A stretch of 64,000 nucleotides of DNA, taken from NCBI GenBank assembly GCA_951406725.2, contig OX597822.1, positions 78,058,001 to 78,122,000 of the forward strand. The letters run 5' to 3'. This stretch comes from Octopus vulgaris (Eukaryota). The number at the start of each line of letters is the position of its first letter. Position 1 is the first letter of the stretch. The notes below the pieces were generated by a model. It saw only the letters and a program-made list of their open reading frames with translations. It had not been told where the DNA came from and made no database searches. A program made the position numbers and the translations under genes. Positions 58,833 through 64,000 of the stretch are shown one piece after another.

Positions 58833-59561
58833 ATGTGTGAGTGGATGCATTTGGATCTGTATTCAGAGAGAATTGAAGAATAAGCATAAAAAATTAATCC
58901 ACGTAAGTTAAGAACTCAATGACAGGTCGTTAAACTCCATCACTTTATTCCATATCTTTAAATTCAATGAAACACCTGTTGAGCAGAATTAAGGTATGAA
59001 TTGAACGTGAAATTTCTTATTTCCTGCTATAATGAAATAAATGCATATATATTTGGTGGAATTACTGGGAATTACAAATATAGGGGAGAAAATCGCGTCT
59101 AAGTTTATTCTTATGTTGAAAAATCATTATCAAAGGGTGGAAAGAGCATACAAGCATTTCCATATAATTCGTTTATTAAAGTCAATTATAGCCGTGGGTA
59201 GTACCGTTTCATCCTCATTCGAACTCTTCAGCGCGACATAACTAATGATTTTAAAATTAGTTAATTTAAAATCATTCAAAATTAAAAACCAGCTATTTTT
59301 ATTTACTGTATGAGTGTGTGCGCACGCGCGTGCGCGTATTTTCAAGGATACATGTCCCCGTTCACATCGGGTATGTGATAGTGTAATGCACGCTCACGCA
59401 CCACGATACTTTAGAAAACAAGGGTCGGAAGGCAACTACCAAGAAGGAGGGATTTGTTGGTACACATGTACACACATTTACCCACACACAAGCATCATTA
59501 CAGATAAAAGTACACATGCATACATTGACGCACACATATACACGCACACACATGCATACGT

Positions 59562-59604
<43 letters not shown>

Positions 59605-59623
59605 CGCACACACACACACACAC

Positions 59624-59655
<32 letters not shown>

Positions 59656-59774
59656 GTGCCATACTGCACCTCGTGTGTGTCCGTATTGGTACACTCAAGT
59701 TCCCGTGTGAACACTCTTAGATACGCACAAACCTATTCATACATGAACAGTCAGTAAAATGCGCGCGTGTATAA

Positions 59775-59809
<35 letters not shown>

Positions 59810-59813
<4 letters not shown>

Positions 59814-61025
59814 CTTTATTCACCATAAGGTTGAGAAAAAGAGGGGACAAAACAAACGTTGGGGTCGGGGTATCGAATGAGATGAAACGTATGAATAAAC
59901 AAACAATTAAAATATATACAATTAAATGAGAATGAGTGAATAACAAAAAAATGAAGCGGAGGACGCGGTTGACCCCACAAACCACATACTCACACTGAAG
60001 ACTTTGCTTTCTCCTTTTTTACATTCTTGATTAAACAGGTTCTTTAACTCGCAACATACTTGCTATAGACTTCCATCTTTTACGAAACACACTTTGCGAC
60101 AGGCATTTCTTCTCCAGCCTTATTTTCCGTTTCATGTGGAAAACGAAAAAGTCGATTAGCTCGAGACTGGAGATAAACATGCCTGTTGCAATTCCTTTTA
60201 CTCCCGTCTTCCATACTACTTCTTTCGCCATAGCAACTACCGAGAGAAAACAGGCTCGCTCCTCCCTATTCGGGGAGGTCGGCGGAACTATCTTAATTAC
60301 AGATTCGCTCGACAGTTGTACTCTTCTCGAATGCGACACCAGGTGTTCGACATAAGCCCAGAGTTCAGTCACCTTGGGGCATTGCACAATCGCGTGCAGG
60401 ACAGTTTCACTGTCCCTCTCACATCTTGCACAAACCGGCTAAGGTGCACACCTATGTCTAAAGAGCTTATCTCGAACCGGTAAAGCTCCCCTGTAACATT
60501 GCCAGGCCAGGGACTTTTGGTAATTATCCATAGGCCCCGGACCGAATGTTCTTTGAAACAGGCTGGCCAATTGATTTTCGTCGAAGCCCAGAGTTTCTCC
60601 CAGGACGCCGTCACACTTAAACTCTACTAACCCTCTATAAAAGAACGAGGTAGTACCCCCGCCACCGGCATTGCCCGACAGGGAGAGAAGCACGAGTGCC
60701 TGATGGCACTCTACATGCCACACGCCCAACCTCGGTCTACACTTGATCCATGGGTTCAGTTCGTTAAACGATGTGAACTGTGGAAATAACAGCTTGACGA
60801 ACGGAGACCACACCTGCTCACCGTCCAGGTAAAGCCAGAGGTGCCTAAGCCTGAGCGCATGTCTGCGCATTTTTAGCCACGGCATCCCTAACCCTCCCTT
60901 CTGTGGTTGTTTTTGGCAGCAAATAGAGCGCCTTACAAGAAGTCTGCTGTCCCTCCACAAAAAGCGAAAGAGCATGCGTTCCAGTTTGTTCAGCCACGAA
61001 TCGGGGCAAGGCACGACGGTCAGGC
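59810..61025 (-). mobile_element. Tx1/L1-clade LINE, 5'-truncated (ORF2 C-terminus with zf-RVT and 3' UTR)
   Basis: LERMLFRFLW..KGGLGMP..LAWQCYRGALPVRDKL..CARCERDSETVLHAIVQCPKVTELW; (GA)n on both flanks. Confidence 0.85.
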
Positions 61026-61753
61026 GAGAGAGCGAGAGAGAGCGAGAGAGAGAGACTATGTATACTGAAAATATTCCAGTTTATGTGAAATGGGTAGGGC
61101 TTAAGTGGACTTTATTTATGGAATGAAATAGAGTAAGATGTATCGCATGCACCTAGGTGTCGAAGCCGTGAGTAACGCTAAAAGGTTACTTAGAGCAGTT
61201 ACAAAGGAGTACAAATGAAAATGTAGTAACAAACGAAAACTGCACTCCATATCACTTACAGTTCGCAAACCTAGCTTTCATAGATTCTTTGATGTTAAAG
61301 ATCATAATGAAAAGAAATCAATATGGCTTCTAACTGATTATATTTAGAGGTTTTCATTGGTCAGCTCAGCTCAGGTGAGGATATTGACAGTACAGTGGTC
61401 TGCAATCTGTGGGATTTGGAAACTTAACGTTATTAGAAAGAGGATGGAATGTGTATGCATGCTTACTGTTCATTGTAGCAATGCAACCAACCTGGTGCTA
61501 TCAAGTTACTAATAAATGTGTCAGCGAAATTCGATGTAAAAGTGCACCTATTGTATAAGTTTGCTCGGTTAGATTTTGCATAACTGCTCTTAGTGTAATT
61601 ATAGCTGGGTGGTAGCACTGTTATGTCACTAGAAACACTATGAACAAATAGTTACATCGTCAAGGAGGCTTTCCTTCGAAACCAGATTAGTACCGTATCC
61701 CGAAATTCTGCTATCATAAACTAGAACTATCAAGAATAAAGTGTCCTGTAGAT

Positions 61754-62069
61754 TCTCTTTTACTCTTTTACTTGTTTCAGTCATTTGACGGTGGCCATGC
61801 TGGAGCACCGCCTTTAGTCGAGAAAATTGATCTCTTTTGCCGAACCGCTAAGTGACGGTGACGTAAACACACCAGCATCTGTTGTCAAGCGATGTTGGGG
61901 GGACAAATACAGATACACAAACATATACACACATGCACACATATATATATACATATATACGACGGGCTTCTTTCAGTTTCCGTCTACCAAATCCACTCAC
62001 AATGCTTTGATCGGCTCGAGGCTATAGTAGAAGACACTTTCCCGGAGCCATGTGGTTGGTAAGCAAGTT
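61754..62069 (-). mobile_element. SINE family A, internally deleted
   Basis: Family A tail and body. Confidence 0.8.
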
Positions 62070-62461
62070 TGATATCGTGTATTTCTAAACTTCTATTTAG
62101 CCCCATCATTCGCAACGATGCAAATGGATTGTGTCCCATAAACCGGACCCTATTCTGGAACACATTGGAACGATAATAAAAAAAAAACTCTTAGCATGAC
62201 TAGAACAAATTCCAAGGGGGGATGCCCATTGATGCTACGCCGAGATATGTACTTGCCCATGAAAATTTAGAAAAGAGCTATATGACACGAAGCTTTAAAT
62301 CAAACAACAGGGAAAAAGGCAGATAGCTCCTCATTTACGAAAATACCCTACACTGGCAACAGCAAGAAGTGCCGTTGGTGCAGCAGCAAGCCACGTATAA
62401 ACTATAGAATTCGAAACGTTGAGTACGATAAAAGATGCATGGAAAGACACTGTAGGGATCG

Positions 62462-62841
62462 TGACTCTCCGTTGGTTACGACGACGAGTGTTCCAGTTGA
62501 ACCGATTAACGGAACAGCCTGCTCGTGAAATTAACGTGTAAGTGGCTGAGTGCTCCACAGACACGTGTACCCTTAACGTAGTTCTCGGAGAGATTTGGCG
62601 TAGCACAAAGTGTGACGAGGCTGGCCCTTTGAAATACAGGTATAACAGAAACAGGAAGAAAGAGTGAGAGAAAGTTGTGATGAAATAATACAGCAGGGTT
62701 CGCCACCACCCTCTGCCGGAGCCTTGTGGAGTTTTAGGTGTTTTCGCTCAATAAACACTCACAACGTCCGGTCTGGGAACAGAAATCGCAATCCTATGAC
62801 CGCAAGTCCGCTGCCCTAATCACTGGGCCAGTGCGCCTCCA
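62462..62841 (-). mobile_element. SINE family C
   Basis: Head and body match 1020-1311; 3' part matches 13560-13724. Confidence 0.8.
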
Positions 62842-64000
62842 CTACTGTAGGGAAACCAATACAACCTACATAGAAGAATCAGTTCACAGTTTATACACGT
62901 ATGCAAGGACGGAGAACACTAACGTGAATACACTGGGAGGAAACAAATATCTGTACTCCATCATATATGTGTGTGTATGTGTGCGTGTCTGTCTGTAAGT
63001 GTACGTGTGTCAGTGTATAGGTGTGTGTGGGTGTGAGGGCGTATGGCATAGTGGTTAGGGCGTTGCACTCATGATCACAAGATCGTGGTTTCGACCGTGT
63101 GGTGCGCTGTTTCTTGATAAAAACACTCAATGTCACGTCGCTCGTGATCACTTTGACAATAGGTGTAAGATACACAGTGCACCCGTTCAGGTAACGTCCA
63201 TTTCATGCAGGGGGTGAGCTAATGCACAAAACATACATTTGATCACTATAAACAAATTATTTGTGCCGAGAGTTCAGCAAAAAATTGCAGATTCGTTTTT
63301 CTCAGACACCACATGGTACTACCATCCATCCATCCATTTGTGTGTGTATGTGTGTGTGTGTGTACACATACACACACACATACAAACATACTTACACACA
63401 CACGCACACACACATATATATATACATATACATACATATGTGTGTGTGTATGTGTGTGTGTGAATTCTGACCGACAGGTACATATGGCCTTATGTACCTG
63501 TTCTTGAGAAGTTCAAAATCTTTCATTCTTACCTATATTCACTTGATAAAAACGGTTTTTGCATGATGTCATATTTCTGCTCATCAATAAAAAAAAACAT
63601 GTTTGAAACAGCTGTAGTGAACTACAATCCATCTCTTGTTATTTGTTTATCTAAATATTATACACACACGCACACATACAATGGATATTGTTACATTTTA
63701 CTTCTACTAAATCCCAATCACAACAAGGCAAGGCACTGGGCAGCACAAGTTTTCAGTAAAAGAGACGTACCTAAGGTATCAAGAATGCGTAAGGTTTACT
63801 TGCCTAAGGTTGCAGTAAAAGAGGCTTGCGCAGTTATCACGATGGATCCCGGAACCAAATGGTTTAGAATAGGGATGGTTAACCATACAGCTACTTTATT
63901 CGTTGCTACAAGTTCATTGATCCCAATTCTCCTCCAGCGTTGGTTGCCACCATAAAAGCCGAATGGAATCGCCAGCCTCGGCAATGATTTATATCTGTCA

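Overview
Repeat-saturated, AT-rich, apparently intergenic or intronic eukaryotic DNA. The SINE families and the (TA)/(CA)/(TACA)/(AAT) microsatellite load suggest an Octopus (coleoid cephalopod) genome; this is my inference. I found no credible host protein-coding gene, and almost all listed ORFs are microsatellite translations. Real coding remnants are all from transposons: two Penelope-like elements (PLEs) lying tail-to-tail (a Neptune-type GIY-YIG at 47866 and a Naiad-type RT/GIY-YIG at 53176), Tx1/L1, RTE and R4-like LINE fragments, and Tc1, mariner and hAT relics. There are also MITEs, three tRNA-derived SINE families and a decayed tRNA-iMet. The main hidden signal is about ten sequence-distinct type I hammerhead ribozyme (HHR) motifs, some decayed, in short non-coding units that abut (TA)n tracts and often occur as inverted or tandem pairs. 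The best case is a 1.7-kb palindrome (56826-58511) built from a ~505-bp unit with four intact HHRs, which looks like a young retrozyme-like, potentially circRNA-producing non-autonomous PLE derivative. All structures were read by eye and coordinates may be off by a few bases.
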